Positions 1 through 13,603 of a stretch of 64,000 nucleotides of DNA are shown here, in pieces. The notes under the pieces were generated by a model. The model searched no databases. It saw only the letters and a list, made by a program, of their open reading frames with translations, and was not told the DNA's origin. The translations under genes were made by a program, and so were the position numbers. Every line of letters starts with the position of its first letter. Within the stretch, counting starts at the first letter, position 1. The stretch covers positions 111,726,001 to 111,790,000 of the forward strand of contig NC_045696.1 in NCBI RefSeq assembly GCF_009834535.1. The letters are read 5' to 3'. This stretch comes from Camelus ferus (taxonomy: Eukaryota).

Positions 1-479
1 CTCACAGAAGCCTGAGATGAAGTCTCACCAAGTAGCATGTATTTGAGCTAAAAGAGAAAAAGATAAAGGTCTCCTTAGCCGCATATGAAGGAAGCTAATT
101 AAAGCTAGATTAAGAAAAATGAGAATGTGTCATAAAATGAGGAGATAGCTCATGAACTCCAGGTGCAGAAATACAATCTGGCCTCCGAAAGGGACTGAGA
201 CCCAGGCCTCACGGTCCTCACAGCTGCTGTCTTCTGGGTTTTGCTCCAACCTCCCTCTCTCTCTCGCTCGCTCAGTCTCCCCAGAATTCCCATTTTGCTG
301 TTTCTCAGGCCACAGCCATGCATGATGGGCACCTCACCTGAGTTTATTTTCCCTCATGAAAGGACAGATTAGAGGAGGCTAGGAGCCCTTAGTTGCAGTT
401 CTTAGCTCCGTGAGATATTGCCTTGCTGGCCCCCTCTGCTGCAGTCAGCAGTGGCCCAGCGCGCAGGAATCCTATCAGT

Positions 480-1055
480 GCAAACATGGTGCCACTTCTT
501 CCCCAAGACTCGGCTCACCCCTTGGTGGGTGTTGAGCCAAAAGACACAGCCAAGTCAAAGATGGCGAGAAAGAAGGATTTATTACCTGCAGCAAGTAAGG
601 AGAACATAGAGGATCTTTCCCAAAGCAGTGTCTCCCCGGACAGCAAAATCGGGGAGGTTTCTAAACTAAGCACACATGCACATTCACGGAGGGGCTTGAG
701 CAGAGGAGAATTCAGCTTAGAATTGGGGCCCAGGTGGACAGAGGGCAGGTGTTGGTTGACTGAAGTCAGGAGGGTCAACAACATCATCCCATTGTGGGGG
801 CCTTAGCTCCTGCAGATCTCAAAGACCATATCAGATTGTGATCTATATTCCTGAGGAGGAACTAGGTCTCTGTTTCATCACTGAGCTATTGTTTCTTGAC
901 TGCTTTTCCTTTGCTCCTGCATTCTCTTCCCTTAAGATCACTGATGACTGAGACCTGTTCAAGGGCAAGCACTGTGGCCAGGCTTATGGCTTCTTTTATG
1001 TCAGGAAAGCCGTGCCTGGTTATCTTTCCCTGGGGACCCCTACCCTATCGCTTAC
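480..1055 (-). mobile_element. ERV1-type solo LTR
   Basis: Minus strand starts TGTAAG at 1055; AATAAA (tttatt near 578); 790-930 is the reverse complement of the mid-section of the LTRs at 41567 and 43501. Left boundary uncertain. Confidence 0.7.
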
Positions 1056-1367
1056 ACCAGGGCCTCTCTATGGGTCAAGGAGGCAGCTAAGGAGCCATCT
1101 GTGAGTTGAGAAGCTGCCCCAGAATGTGGTTCTGATACCACTCCATTTATTTAGTTTAGGGAAAAATAGTAGTTGCCCTGGATAAATGACAATATCTAAG
1201 AACATCTCTCCAGGCTATGTGATAGTTTCTAAATTTAATATTTTAATAAATTATGTGAAGAGTGAATGCTCAAAAAAAACCTCACATTTGCAGATAAATG
1301 AAAATCTCTGGAGTATAAGTAAGCCAAGGTGATAGAGATAAAATGCCAAGAGATGAACTCCAATAGA

Positions 1368-1908
1368 TGTTAAGACTCTAAGCAGGACCCATGGGGCCCT
1401 CCTGGGTACAAAAGACTTTCCATGTTCCTGTTTTCTTGTTTGTAGGGAAAAGGTTTCAACCTCCTGGACCTTCCCTGAATTCCAAAATGCAGGTTCAAAT
1501 AGATACTAATCAGGAAAGTAAGGGGAGGCAGAAAGAAACAACAATGCATTGAGGGGGCAGGGTCCTGGTTCCTCCTCAAGGGACCTCCATCTCTGAGTTC
1601 TTCTGCAGGAGCTAAACCCCTACCCAGCTGGAGGATGGTAACTTCAGGCTGAGCACAAGAGTCCTGGAGCTCGGCCCTGTTACCTCCCCACCACCCAGTC
1701 AGAAGGAAGCCACACCCCCTGCAGCCCTCACTCCAAATTTTGCCTATAAAACTTCTCCTCAAAAACCATCTGGGGAGTTTGAGTCTTTCGAGCACGAGCC
1801 ACACATTCTCCTTGCTCGGCCCCGCAATAAATCTTTCTCTGCTCCAAACTGACATTTCAGTTTGTTTGGCCTCACTGTGCATCGAGCACACAAACTTGGC
1901 ATTTAACA
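1368..1908 (+). mobile_element. ERV1-type solo LTR (local family A)
   Basis: TG...CA termini, TATAAAA near 1746, AATAAA near 1826; homologous to copies at 41567, 42533 and 43501. Confidence 0.85.
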
Positions 1909-2124
1909 ACGTAAGAGAAAAGTAATAAACTCAGGGCAGAGTAAATCCAAATTATCTAAATCCATTGATTCTAAGAAACCAAAGGAACATAATCTCAGAT
2001 GAACTGAAGAGAATTTCCAGTAGATAAAGACCTCAGGTATTCCTATGACCTAAAAGATTAATGGGAACTTTTATTTATTGAATAACTTCAAAGTCACAAA
2101 CGTTAGTTTGTGTTAGTAGTTAGT

Positions 2125-2486
2125 ACTCCTTTACTAATCTTCCTATTCATTAGCATATGAAATTGCTGAGCCCATAAAACCTAACAACCCACACCTCATG
2201 GTCATGGTCGCTCTCTCTCTTACCTTCTGAGACAGCCTGTACTGTCTTTGCAATGTGGATCTACTTTTACTGTAAACTAAACCCCCCCCCACGCCTCTCA
2301 GTCTCTCTCCCTCTCACCTTTCTGAGATGGTCCACATTCTGCCAATGGAGTGTCTTTCTCCTGAGCCATTTTCCCTTCTGAGTTCTGTCCAGAAGTGTGT
2401 GTCTCTCTAAATAAACTTGCTTTCACTTTACCATGCCTCGCTCTTGAATTCTTTCCTGTGTGAGGCAAGAACCTATTCTCACAACA
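2125..2486 (+). mobile_element. MER41-like LTR, 5'-truncated (family B)
   Basis: Matches the 3' two-thirds of the copy at 31763; aataaacttgctttcacttta...gaattctttcc...aagaacc; ends in CA. Confidence 0.8.
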
Positions 2487-4020
2487 CAAAGACAGCAACT
2501 GCTTAACGAAAGTTGATCCCTCCACAGGTTAAAATTCTTTGCAACCACTAGAAAGTTCAGCTTTAACAGAAAATCAGTGTTCTGAATAATTAAGTGGAAA
2601 GGGAAAATTATGAGATTGTCTATACATTCCTATACAATTTTTGATGTATAAACATTACATATAATATATTATTATCTATAAATTATAGATATATAGATAA
2701 TTTTTAAATACTCATCAGGTTACACCAAAATATTCACAGCAGCTCTTTCTGGGTAGTAGGGTTCCAGGAGACCTTCACTTTGTATCTCTATCTTGTTCTC
2801 TGTTTTTCAGTTTCCATTATAAATTAAGTTGCATTATTTTTATCATCAGAAAACAATTACTTTTACATTAAAATGCCAATTCTTCAAAGAGGGAGACACT
2901 AGTTCTGTCCATCTTGCCTGTGTGAAGGGCCAATTCAAACAAGTTTCAACCCTGTCAGAGGAAGTCAAACGGTAAGCAGCATACCTTGGGTGGCTGGAAG
3001 TAGGCTCTGCCTTCTTCACAAAGTCACAGAGCCTTTCATATATTCCTTCCCAAAGCAAAACACAACAGGACATTTCTAATAAGAGTAATTTGCTTGCACA
3101 GGTGATGTCCTACCCAAATAATCAAGACATTATTCAGAATCTTCAAAAGCAACAATACGAACAATAACAACAGCATAAAGTGCACAATAAAAAGCTTAAA
3201 ATGCAAAATCAAAACAAGGTCATTTCATTAAAAACAAGAGATTCTTGTTAAAAATGTCTAGGCTTTCATTTGAGGGAATTTACTTCCTTTAATAATAGTT
3301 TTGACTTGGGAACCTCAACGCCAAAAGGACTTAATTTTCCTGTCTCCACGGTGCTTCCACGGTCGTGTTTGGGTGTCTCTAAGAGTGCTCACCAGGGGTC
3401 TGCCAAGAAGAGTGTGATTGGTGGGAGAGGAAATGTACTATTTGCACTATTCAAAAACAAACCAAACCAAAACAAACTATATGCTTATAATTTAACACAT
3501 ATTATATGTTTTATTTCCTACCCACATAGTATGAACTGACTTTAGGCAAGGTTAAGCAAGTCTGGCCCCTCTCTCCCTCTCTCTCATAGCCTCTCCTTCC
3601 CAAATATTTCTCCCCTTCATGCCAAAGTGGCTAAAATACACCACTATCAAGTCATTCCAGAGAGTCCTGAAAGCAGTTACCTTATCAAGAATGCTTCATT
3701 ATTTAAAAGCAAAAACTCCCTAAGCCGAATTTAGCTCGGTCCTTGGTTAGGTGCAGTCATCGGAGAGGAAGAAAGTAACCAGAAAGAATGTACTTACAGT
3801 GAGGGGGCTGTGTACCATGGATAGACAAATGGGAAGGACTACTATGGAAGCAAATGGCAAAGTGAAAGGATTATAAAAGCAAGCACTGCTAGTTATCCAT
3901 ACACAGAAGACAAACATAATCATCAAATTCCAGGGGAAAAAAAGAGATGTATTTTTAAAATCAAGGAAGCATCCATGTTGTCCTCTCCTATTAAGGAATA
4001 GAAAGCAAAACACTCACTCC

Positions 4021-4877
4021 TGCAAATCAAAACTACAATGAGGTATCACCTCACACCAATCAGAATGGCCATCATTCAGAACTCCCCAAATGACAAATGC
4101 AGGAGAGGCTGTGGAGAAAGGGGAACCCTCCTACACTGCTGGTGGGAATGCAGTTTGGTGCAGCCACTGTGGAAAACAGTATGGAGATTCCTCAAAAAAC
4201 TAGGAATAGACTTACCATATGACCCAGGAATCCCACTCCTGGGCATATATCCAGAAGGAACCCTACTTCAGGATGACACCTGCACCCCTATGTTCATAGC
4301 AGCACTATTTACAATAGCCAAGACATGGAGACAGCCTAAATGTCCATCAACAGGTGACTGGATAAAGAAGAAGTGGTATATTTATACCATGGAATACTAT
4401 TCAGCCATAAAAACAGACAACATAACACCATTTGCAGCAACATGGATGCTCCTGGAGAATGTCATTCTAAATGAAGTAAGCCAGAAAGAGAAAGAAAAAT
4501 ACCATATGAGATCGCTCACATGTGGAATCTAAAAAAACAAACAAACAAACAAAAAACACAAAGCATAAATACAAAACAGAAATAGACATAGAATACAAAT
4601 TTGTGGTTGCCAAGGGGGTGGAGGGTGGGAAGGGATAGATGGGATTTCAAAATTGTAGAATAGATAAACAAGATTATACTGTATAGCACAGGGAAATACA
4701 TACAAGATCTTATGGTAGCTCACAGCAAAAAAAAATGTGACAATGAATATATATATGTTCATGTATAACTGAAAAATTGTGCTGAACACTGGAATTAGAC
4801 ACAACATTATAAAATGATTATAAATCAATAAAAAATGTTTAAAAAAGTTTTAATAAAAAATGAAATTAAAAAAAAAA
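4021..4877 (+). mobile_element. Young 5'-truncated L1 (ORF2 C-terminus, 3' UTR, poly(A))
   Basis: Uninterrupted ORF2 end MRYHLTP...HCWWEC...[13 protein letters not shown] (4038-4532); A-tail; identical TSD aaagcaaaacactcactcc at 4002-4020 and 4878-4896. Confidence 0.97.
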
Positions 4878-5149
4878 AAAGCAAAACACTCACTCCTGAG
4901 ATGAGTCCTTCCTCTTCTAACCACAAGGTGGGGCTCTCCTTGGGATCTCCAAGCTCAGATTCAATACTCAGCTGACACAGTGGGGAGCTTGCATTGGAAA
5001 TCCCACTTATAAACCATGTTCCTCCAGTTCAGTTCAGCTTTACATAGAACTTGCTGCTATTGAAACGTTAGACTCTGTCCAATTACTGATGCTGTACTTC
5101 AATGGGCAAAGCCACCTCTAAATTTTAGCATCAGTAGTCAAGAAAGGAC

Positions 5150-5486
5150 TCGAAGCCAGCTGTGGAGAGTGCAATCACCAGGTCGTGTGCTGCTGGCAGC
5201 TCTGTCACAGTCTTGGCTACAGAGGACACCTCACTCAAGCCCATGCCTTCCCAGAGCAGCCGGCATCAGGTGACGATGGAGACCCCATCACTTCCACTCA
5301 GTGTGGGACGACTCTAACAGACAGCATATGCTCTACAGCCTCTCTGGTCTCCACTGCATGTCAGCTTTTTCCTCTGGTTAACTCTGCTTCTTAGCTGTTT
5401 CCTTTCAGAGGTCCTAATCCTTCATAAATATCCTGCACCATAAGCTACATCTCTGTGTCTACTTCCAGAGAACACAACCTGAAACA
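5150..5486 (+). mobile_element. Old ERVL-class LTR (LTR16-like)
   Basis: 3' end ataaatatcctgcac...catctctgtgtctacttccagagaacacaacctgaaaca resembles the LTR16 consensus as I recall it. Confidence 0.6.
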
Positions 5487-5632
5487 ATGCAAAAATAAAT
5501 TGCTCAGATCCCCTGACAATAGTTGGCCGTTAAATACTTTGGAACACTAAGCTTTTGCTTTTTACTTTTGTAGTTCAAATGTTTCCACTGAATCACCATT
5601 TTACTCATTTATTCAATAAGTATTTATTTGTT

Positions 5633-8530
5633 CTGGAAACATACAGTCCACTAAGACTGAATCAAGAAGAAATAGACCACTGAAACAGACTGATCATTAG
5701 ATACGAAATAGAGTCAGCAATTTAAAAAAAAAAAAAACTCCCTACAAACAAAAGTCCAGGACCAGATGGCTTCACCAAGGAACTCTATTAAACATACAAA
5801 GAAGAACTCATACTGGTCCTTCTCTAACTCTTCCAAAAGATTGAAAAAGAAGGAGTACTCCCAAACTCATTCTATGAAGCCACCATCACCCTGCTACCAA
5901 GACCAGACAAAGACACTACTGTAAAAGGAAATTACAGGCCAATATCACTGATGAACACACATGCAAAAGTCCCCACAAAATATTAGCAAACAGAATTCAA
6001 CAGCACATAAAAAAGATCATACACCACGATCAAGTTAGATTCATCTCAGGGACACAAGGATGGTTCAACATACACAAATAAGCCAACATGATACACCACA
6101 TCCACAAAAGAAAGGACAAAAATCACACGATCATCTCAATAGATGCAGAAAAAGCATTTGATAAAATTCAACACCTACTTATTATAAAAACTCTTACCAA
6201 AGTGGATATAGAGGGAACATATCTCAACATATTAAAGCTATTTAGGACAAATTCATAGCCAGCATAATACTCAATGGTGAAAAACTGAAAGCATCCCCAC
6301 TAAAATCTGGAAGAAGACAAGGATGCCCACTCTCACCACTTCTACTCAACACACTCTTGGAAGTCCTAGCCACAGCAGTCAGGCAAGAAAAAAGAAAAAA
6401 AGGGATCCAAATTGGAAGAGAAGAGGTAAAATTGTCACTATATGCAGATGACATGATACTATATATCGAAAACCCCTAAAGCTCCACACAAAAACTACTA
6501 GAGCTGACAAAAGAATTTGGCAAGGTAGCAGGATACAAGATTAACATGAAAAAATCAGTTGCATTTCTTTACACTAAAAGTGAATTATCAGGAAAAGAAA
6601 GTAAAGAAACAATCCCTTCTTAAATCACATCCAAAACAATAAATACTTAGGAATAAATCTGACTAAGGAGGTGAAAGACTTATACATGGAGAACTACAAA
6701 ATATTGATTAAGGACATTAAAGATGACTTAAAGAAATGGAAAGATATCCCATGCTCTTGGATTGTAAGAATCATTATCATTAAAAATGGCCATACTGCCC
6801 AAGGCAATCTACAGATTTAATGTGATCCATATCAAATTACCCAGGACATTTTTCACAGAACTTGAACAAGCAATCCTAAAATTTATATGGAATCACAAAA
6901 GACTCAAAACTGCCAAAGCAATATTGAAGAAAAAGAATGAAGCTAAAGAAGTAACCATCCCAGACTTCAGACAATTCTACAGAGCTACAGTAATCAAAAC
7001 AGCATAGCACTGGCATAAAAAAACAGATATATGCATCAATGGAACCGAATAGAGAGCCCAGAAATAAATCCACATACCTATGGTCAATTAATCTTCAACA
7101 AAGGAGGCAAGATATACAATGGAAAAAAGGCAGTCTCTTCAGCAAGTGGTGTTGGGAAAACTGGACAGCTGCATGTTAATCAGTGAAGTTAGAACACTCC
7201 CTCACAACACACACAAAAATTAACTCAAAATGGCTTAAAGACTTAAATATAAGACAAGACACAATAAGTTTCCTAGAAGAAAACATAGGTAAAACATTAT
7301 CTCACATACTTCTCAGCAATGTTCTCCTAGGGCAGTCTACCCAGGCAATAGAAATAAAAGCAAGAATAAACAAATGGGACCTAATTAAACTTGTAAGCTT
7401 TTGCACAGCAAATGAAACCATAGGCAAAACAAAACAACAACCTATGGAATGGGAGAAAATATTTGCAAATGATGTGACTGAGAAAGGCTTAATTTCCAGA
7501 ATATATGAACAGCTTATACAACTTAATAACAATAAAACAAAAAAAAAACTCAATGCAAAAAATGTGCAAAGGACCTAAACAAACACTCCTCCAATGAAGA
7601 CATAACAAATGGCCAATAGGCACATGAAAAAATGCTCAATATTGCTAATTATCAAACAAATGCAAATCAAAACTACAATGAGGTATCACCTCACACCAGT
7701 CAGAATGGCCATCATTCAAAAGTCCATGAACAATAAATTATGGAGAGGGTGTGGAGAAAAGGGAACCCTCCTACACTGCTGGTGGGAATGTAGTTTGGTG
7801 CAACCATTATGGAAAACAGTATAGAGATTCCTCAAAAAACTAAAAAGAGACTTATCATGTGATCCAACAATCTCACTTCAGGGCATATATCTAGAGGGAA
7901 CTCTAATTCGAAAAGACACATGCACCCCAGTGTTCACAGCAGTGCTATTTACAACAGCCAAGACAGGGAAACAACCTAAATGTCCATTGACAGATGACTG
8001 GATGAAGAAGCTGTGATGTGTTTATACAATGTAATACTACTCAGCCATAAAAAAGAATAAAATAATGTCATTTGCAGCAACATGGATGGACCTAGAGATC
8101 ATCATTCTAAGTGAAGTAAGCCAGAAAGGGAGAAATACCATATAATATCACTCATATGTGGAATCTAAAAAAAGAAAAAAAGAGAAGAAAAAAGAGGACA
8201 CCAAAGAACTCATCTACAAAACAGAAACAGACTCGCAGACACAGTAAACAACCTTATGGTTACCAGGGAAAGGGGCTGGGAGGGATAAATTTGAGTGTTG
8301 GAGATTTGCAAATTTTAGCCGCTATATATAAAAATAAAATTTTTAAAAAAACAAGTTTCTTCTATAACTATTTTCAATATCTTGTAATAACCTGCAATGA
8401 AAAACTATATGAAAACAAATATACATATGTATATGCATGACTGGGACATTGTGCTGTACACCAGAAACTGACACATTGTAACTGACTGTACTTCAATTAA
8501 AAAAAAGATTTAAATAAATAAATAAATAAA
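5633..8530 (+). mobile_element. 5'-truncated L1, decayed ORF2 (RT domain to C-terminus) plus 3' UTR
   Basis: RQGCPLSP and YADD (6441-6452) RT motifs; ORF2 fragments [26 protein letters not shown]; frameshifts and stops; (AAAT)n tail; sits inside an L2 3' end. Confidence 0.97.
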
Positions 8531-9714
8531 TATCTGAATGCCTCCCATCAGCTGAGCACTGTGCTTGGTAGAGGATACATGAAAAAAGTCTGGAACACAG
8601 ACCCAGTGCTGGAGGTGAAGCAGCCCTCTTGCAACCATGAAAATGAAAATGCCAGTCTAAGGGAGGGCTGCAGAGAGAGCCCGAAATAGCCTCCACGAAG
8701 CAGCAATCACTGCCCAGGATTGCCTTTTGCTGGCCTTCCCATCATCAGAAATGTAACGTCCACCTGGGTTTTCTGTTACCTGTGTTGGAGAATAAATCCT
8801 AGCTGATGGAATTCTCCCAGTTGGCACCAGGTGTCTGCTACTGTTTGTTAATTTATTGATTGACTAATGAACAAAGGAAGGGGTAGTTCTTCATATTATT
8901 CTACCCTACGTTTCCTAGCCAAATACAGAAAGCCAGACAGCAGTAAGGAATAAAGCCCTGCGAGGAGTCTGGTCCCTGCCTGCTCTCCCCTTGGCTCAAA
9001 TCTGCTTACCTTAATCTTCCTTTTTTCACTGCAGAAACATTTCATGTTATTCCTTTTTTGGTATTATCGCATGAAAATGAACAACAGGTGAAGCATTTCT
9101 GCAGTAAGATGAGTTTTGACTCTTTTTTCTCCTATATCTCATATCCAGAAGAGAGGAAAATTTGACACATGGGATGTGGGGCTGCATAAACATATAGCAT
9201 ATTGTTTAAGTGCTTCAGTTTCAGAGGAGCTGAGAGATAAATGGCATGTCTGTAATTATCCCTCCACCATCAATATGCTTCGAATTACTATCTGTTCTCA
9301 AAGGTAGAGAAAAATGTAAAGTATCTTTCTTATGAAATTTCAGAAGTTGCATCATATTCAGTAATTTTCTATTTCATGGACTTCTAGATATAGAAGGTGC
9401 CTTGAAATTCTATTTACCTGAAGGGAAGTTTTCAATCAATCTAATTTGACAGGAACATAAGAAGACCACCAAGGAAAAGCATGACCACCAAGCAAACCCA
9501 AGGTCTTTGAGGTCCGCGAATGCTTTCCACCAAAATCACAAATCATGGATGGTATTAACACTTAATTCAGCTTATCTCCCTATTAATTTCCTTCTTCCCA
9601 ACAATCTTTCTTCTTAATATATTGATTTATATTTCTATTCAACAGATACTCATTAAACACCAAATATGTACAAACATGGTGCCAGGCTCTAGAAAGAAAT
9701 AAGGCAATGGTCTT

Positions 9715-9857
9715 AGGGGGAGGGTATAGCTCAAGCAGTAGAGTGCATGCTTAGCATGCACAAGGTCCTAGGTTCAATCCCCAGTACCTCCTCTAAAAAA
9801 TTATAAAACCTAATTACCTCCTCCTAACAAAAAAAAAAAAATTAAAAAAATAATAAT
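9715..9857 (+). mobile_element. tRNA(Ala)-derived SINE (camelid vic-1 type)
   Basis: ggggagggtatagctcaag...ggttcaatcccc with A and B boxes, A-rich tail, 17-bp TSD aataaggcaatggtctt (9698-9714 and 9858-9874). Confidence 0.92.
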
Positions 9858-10079
9858 AATAAGGCAATGGTCTTGGATCTTGAAAAAAGAATTCACAGAC
9901 AGATAGGTACAGACACATAATAAAGCATTTCAATAAAATATCAAGGGAGCATGGGTTGCTTGGGGAAATCACAGAAAAGGGAAACCCAACCTAGCATGGA
10001 AGAACAACTCAAGAAATATTTCTCAGAGAAAATGGCTTCTGAGTCATCTCGCACAGTGCACAGAAGTTATCTCTACCGA

Positions 10080-10765
10080 CTAGAAGAACAGTCAAATCCA
10101 ACTGCTTCCCAGCACATCCACCTCTACCAGCCTAGTCCATTATCCATCCACCTGGATCAATGCAATAACCTCCTAAAGGTCTCCTTGCTGCAAATTCCCA
10201 CTGGTACAGCAACCAGAGGGAGCCTCTTAAAGGGTAAATCAGATGATGTCACCCCTCCAATCCCTTTCCTACATTCTTAAAGTAAAAGTCTTCACCAGAT
10301 CCATAAGAACCCATATGATCTGGTATCTGAGTCCTATTGGATTTCATTTCCTATTATACTCTTCCCCTGCCTGACTGCTCTCCACCTATACTTTCACCAT
10401 AGACAGTCTTCAAACACAACAAGAAATCTACCTCAGGGCCTTTGTACTTGCTGTTCTCTCCATCTAGAAATATTCTAATGGCTTACTCACTTCATTTGGG
10501 TGTCTGCTCAAATGTCACCTCCTTGGAAAGGCTCTCCACAACCATACCATTAAAAATAATACTTTTTCTTCCCTTACTTGGCTTCATTTTTTTCCTAGCA
10601 AGTGTCACTATCTAACATTACATATATTTATCTTTTGTCTTTCTCCCACCCTAGAATGTAAATCCTACAAGAGCGAAATTTTATTTCATTCACTGTGGTA
10701 TCCCCAGCCCCTGCAGCAATTCCTACAGATAACAGGCATGCATTAGACATCTGCTGAATAAATAC
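10080..10765 (+). mobile_element. L2 3' fragment
   Basis: ctcagggcctttgtacttgctgttc, ctcaaatgtcacctcc, ctagaatgtaa...tgctgaataaat are typical of the L2 3' end. Confidence 0.75.
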
Positions 10766-11573
10766 ATCCATCCCCTGTCCCCACAACCTAGGAGGAAGAG
10801 GGAATAAGAGTTGTGTGCAGAAGTTGTTTACATTTAAGGTCCTGGCTCTTTACTCCCATTCTGATCGAGCTAAACAGGCTATTCTAGCTAACATCATAAA
10901 GCCAAAGAAAAGGTAAACTTCAAAGTGAGACAAGGGTTGGCAGGACTACGTGTCTAGAAAGCTTTGGAAATAGTATTGTCGAGACTCAGAGCCATGATAC
11001 TAAAAGCTTTTTTTACATCCTTCACGTTCTAAGTGACGGTAAGGCCCTAGTCCATCTGGAGACACATGTTCAGACAGCTCTGCTTGATGTCAGACTCCAA
11101 AGTAGGGATTTTCCCGTAGACGAAGGTTCCTGGAGAACCTCTGTTCAGCCTCAGTAGGGGGCTATGTCAGAATCTCCTACACGCAGACATAAGAGTTCTT
11201 AAAATGGCAACCCAGAGGCCCATTCTGTACGTAGGGACTGGGGTGAGGGTGGGTTACATTTTCTTTTCTAATTTTTAATCAGTTGCCTGCATTCAACATT
11301 AGAAGATTTCATATCAAAATCCATATTTTCTATTATCTCTTGAGAATATGATCTAGTGGCATGTGACGGTCAGCAGGAGCCCAGTCGCAGCTGCTCCCTT
11401 CCGATGGGGAGAGGTGGCAGCCCGCCACCCGCCTCCCACGACTTCTGCATCAGCTCAGATGGGATCTCTCGTGTATTTGTCATCTCCGGGCCATGTAGGC
11501 AGTTAAGTTTTGACTCCTGGCCTTCAACATGATTGGTTACTTTTCCCAGGCAGAGTAAGGAAGATCATAAAAG

Positions 11574-12089
11574 TGAGATAGGAGTGAACAGGACAGGGCA
11601 CAGCCATTAAAAAAAATGACACAGCAATTAGCACCAAGATGGCAGAAGATTCAACGCCCAGTAGACCTTGAGTTTCAGTGTATGCTCATTGTAATACAAG
11701 GGCTGCTGAATGACACTCCCACAGGCGCCAGGACAGTTTCAAGGCTGACCATGAAAGGTCAAAGGGTGAGTGATGGCCCAGGTCCTGGGAATCCCAGCCC
11801 CTCCCCCAAAGTAGTTGGAATAATCTTCCCACTTGTTAGCCTATGAAGTCACCAAGCCCATAAAAACGCACAACCCAGCACTTCACGGCCTCTCTCTTGC
11901 CGTTTGAGATGGCCCGCACTTTGTCTATGGAGTGTGCATCTCTGAATAATTACTTTTACTCTACTCTGGCTCACTCTTGACTTCTCTCCTGCACAAAACC
12001 AAGGACCCCGCCTTGATGGGGTGCATCCCAGGGACTTGTCCGGGACCTGGGACATGGCCGTCCTCTTGTGCCCCATTTTTCCAATATCA
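11574..12089 (+). mobile_element. MER41-like solo LTR (family B)
   Basis: TGAGATAGG...ATCA; perfect 4-bp TSD aaag; ccaagatggc, gacactcccacaggcgcc and gaataatc blocks as in MER41. Confidence 0.9.
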
Positions 12090-12504
12090 AAAGGAGCAAA
12101 AATATTCATAACGCCATGAAGACCCACAAGCTATTAAAACGACATATCGCTTTAGAAAAGGGGAGCTGGACGGGACCTCGGAAATCATCCAGTCAGCTTC
12201 AGTATTACAGACAAGGGTACAGAGGCCCAGGTGGGTCACACTTTGAATAGATCAAAGATGCCTCCCACTGAATGACTGCCAGAATATGTGTTTGCATGTT
12301 AACGAACATTGCCGTGTAACCCTGGTCAGTGTCATGGCCTTTTAACGGCCCCCATCCCTAATGTTTTGAAAACATTTTTCTAAATCTAAACGTTAAGAAA
12401 AGGCAGCGTTTCTAACCATTTAAGGACAATTGAGAAAAATCTGTGAAAGCAAATTCTCATGAGGCCAGGACAAGATTTGGAGAACCGAGTTGACCTACAT
12501 CAGA

Positions 12505-12850
12505 GGTGAGTGAATTCTTTTGGTAAAAGATCAGATAGTGAACATTTGCAGCTTTGTGAGCCAAGTGGTCTCTATGGCAACAATTCAACTCTGCTACTGC
12601 TTCCGGAAAGCAGCCATGGATAGTAAGTAACAGGCATTGCTGTGTCCCCATAATACAGCCATTACTATGGACACAGAAAGTTGAATTTCATGTAATTTTC
12701 CTGTGTCATGAAATAATATCTTTCTTTCTTTTTTTTTTTTTTTTTTTTTTTTGAACGACTTAAAGCTGTAAAAATCATTCTTAGCTCACAGGCCATACAA
12801 AATGGCAGGCAGGATTTGGCCCGTGGGCCCTAGTTTGCAGGCCTCTGGAC
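12505..12850. mobile_element. MER58-type hAT DNA transposon with internal poly-T
   Basis: gtaaaagatcagatagtgaacattt...ggatttggcccgtgggccctagtttgc. Confidence 0.75.
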
Positions 12851-13036
12851 CAGATGGTGAGAGTGGATAAAAAGAGCCGCCAAACCTGTTTGTCCTAGTA
12901 ACCCAGGGTTCCTCTTGGTTCAAATGCAAGAGCTCTACTCCTAGGTAGACCAGCCTGACTCTTGAATGGGAGGGTTTGAATTCTCTTACAGTTTATCCAG
13001 TTTACACAGTCTCTTATTTGATCTTCACAATGATTC

Positions 13037-13603
13037 TGAGACAGGAAGGGAGGGGGCAGGGCACGGCCATTCAAGGACTGACACGGCAATTAACACCAAA
13101 ATGGTGGGAGACTCAACTTCGAGTAGACCTTGAGGCCTAAGACAGCGGGAGATTTGACTTCCAGTAGACCTTGAGCTTCATTATACGCTCGTTGGATTAT
13201 ATTAGCATGGTAAATGGCACTCCCACAGGTGCCGGGAGAGTTCCAAGAGTGACCATAAAATGTCAAAAAGTGGGCTGTGGACCAATTCCTAGGAAACTCA
13301 GTCCCTTTCTTCAAAGTAGTTGAAATAATCCTGCCACTTGTTAGCATATGAAGTTACTGGAACCTATAAAAATTATCAAGCCCACACCTCGTAGCCATTC
13401 TCCCTTCTGAGTGAGACGGCCTGAACTCTGTCTACGGAGTATGTATGTCTCTGAGTAAATCTACTTTTACTCAACTGTGGCTCCCTCTTGAACTCTTTTC
13501 TGTGCAAAGCCAAGGACCCACACTTGGCGGTGTATGTCCCAGGGGCTCACCCAAGACCTGGGATACAGCTGTCCTCTCTCCCCACATTCATTTTCCTGTA
13601 TCA
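13037..13603 (+). mobile_element. MER41-like solo LTR (family B) inserted in a MIR
   Basis: TGAGACAGG...ATCA; TSD attc/gttc; colinear with the 11574 copy. Confidence 0.9.

Noticed and set aside
452..469. tRNA-Ser PBS-like tggcccagcgcgcaggaa
   Set aside because: Has mismatches, no clear LTR end just upstream and no internal ERV sequence after it.
1370..1909. 179-aa minus-strand ORF spanning an LTR (also 30670-31212 and 47290-47799)
   Set aside because: Chance open frames within LTR/L2 sequence, not preserved in sibling copies.
9716..9790. tRNA-Ala-like gene (also at 46767)
   Set aside because: Has an A-tail, a TSD and an imperfect acceptor stem; it is a SINE.
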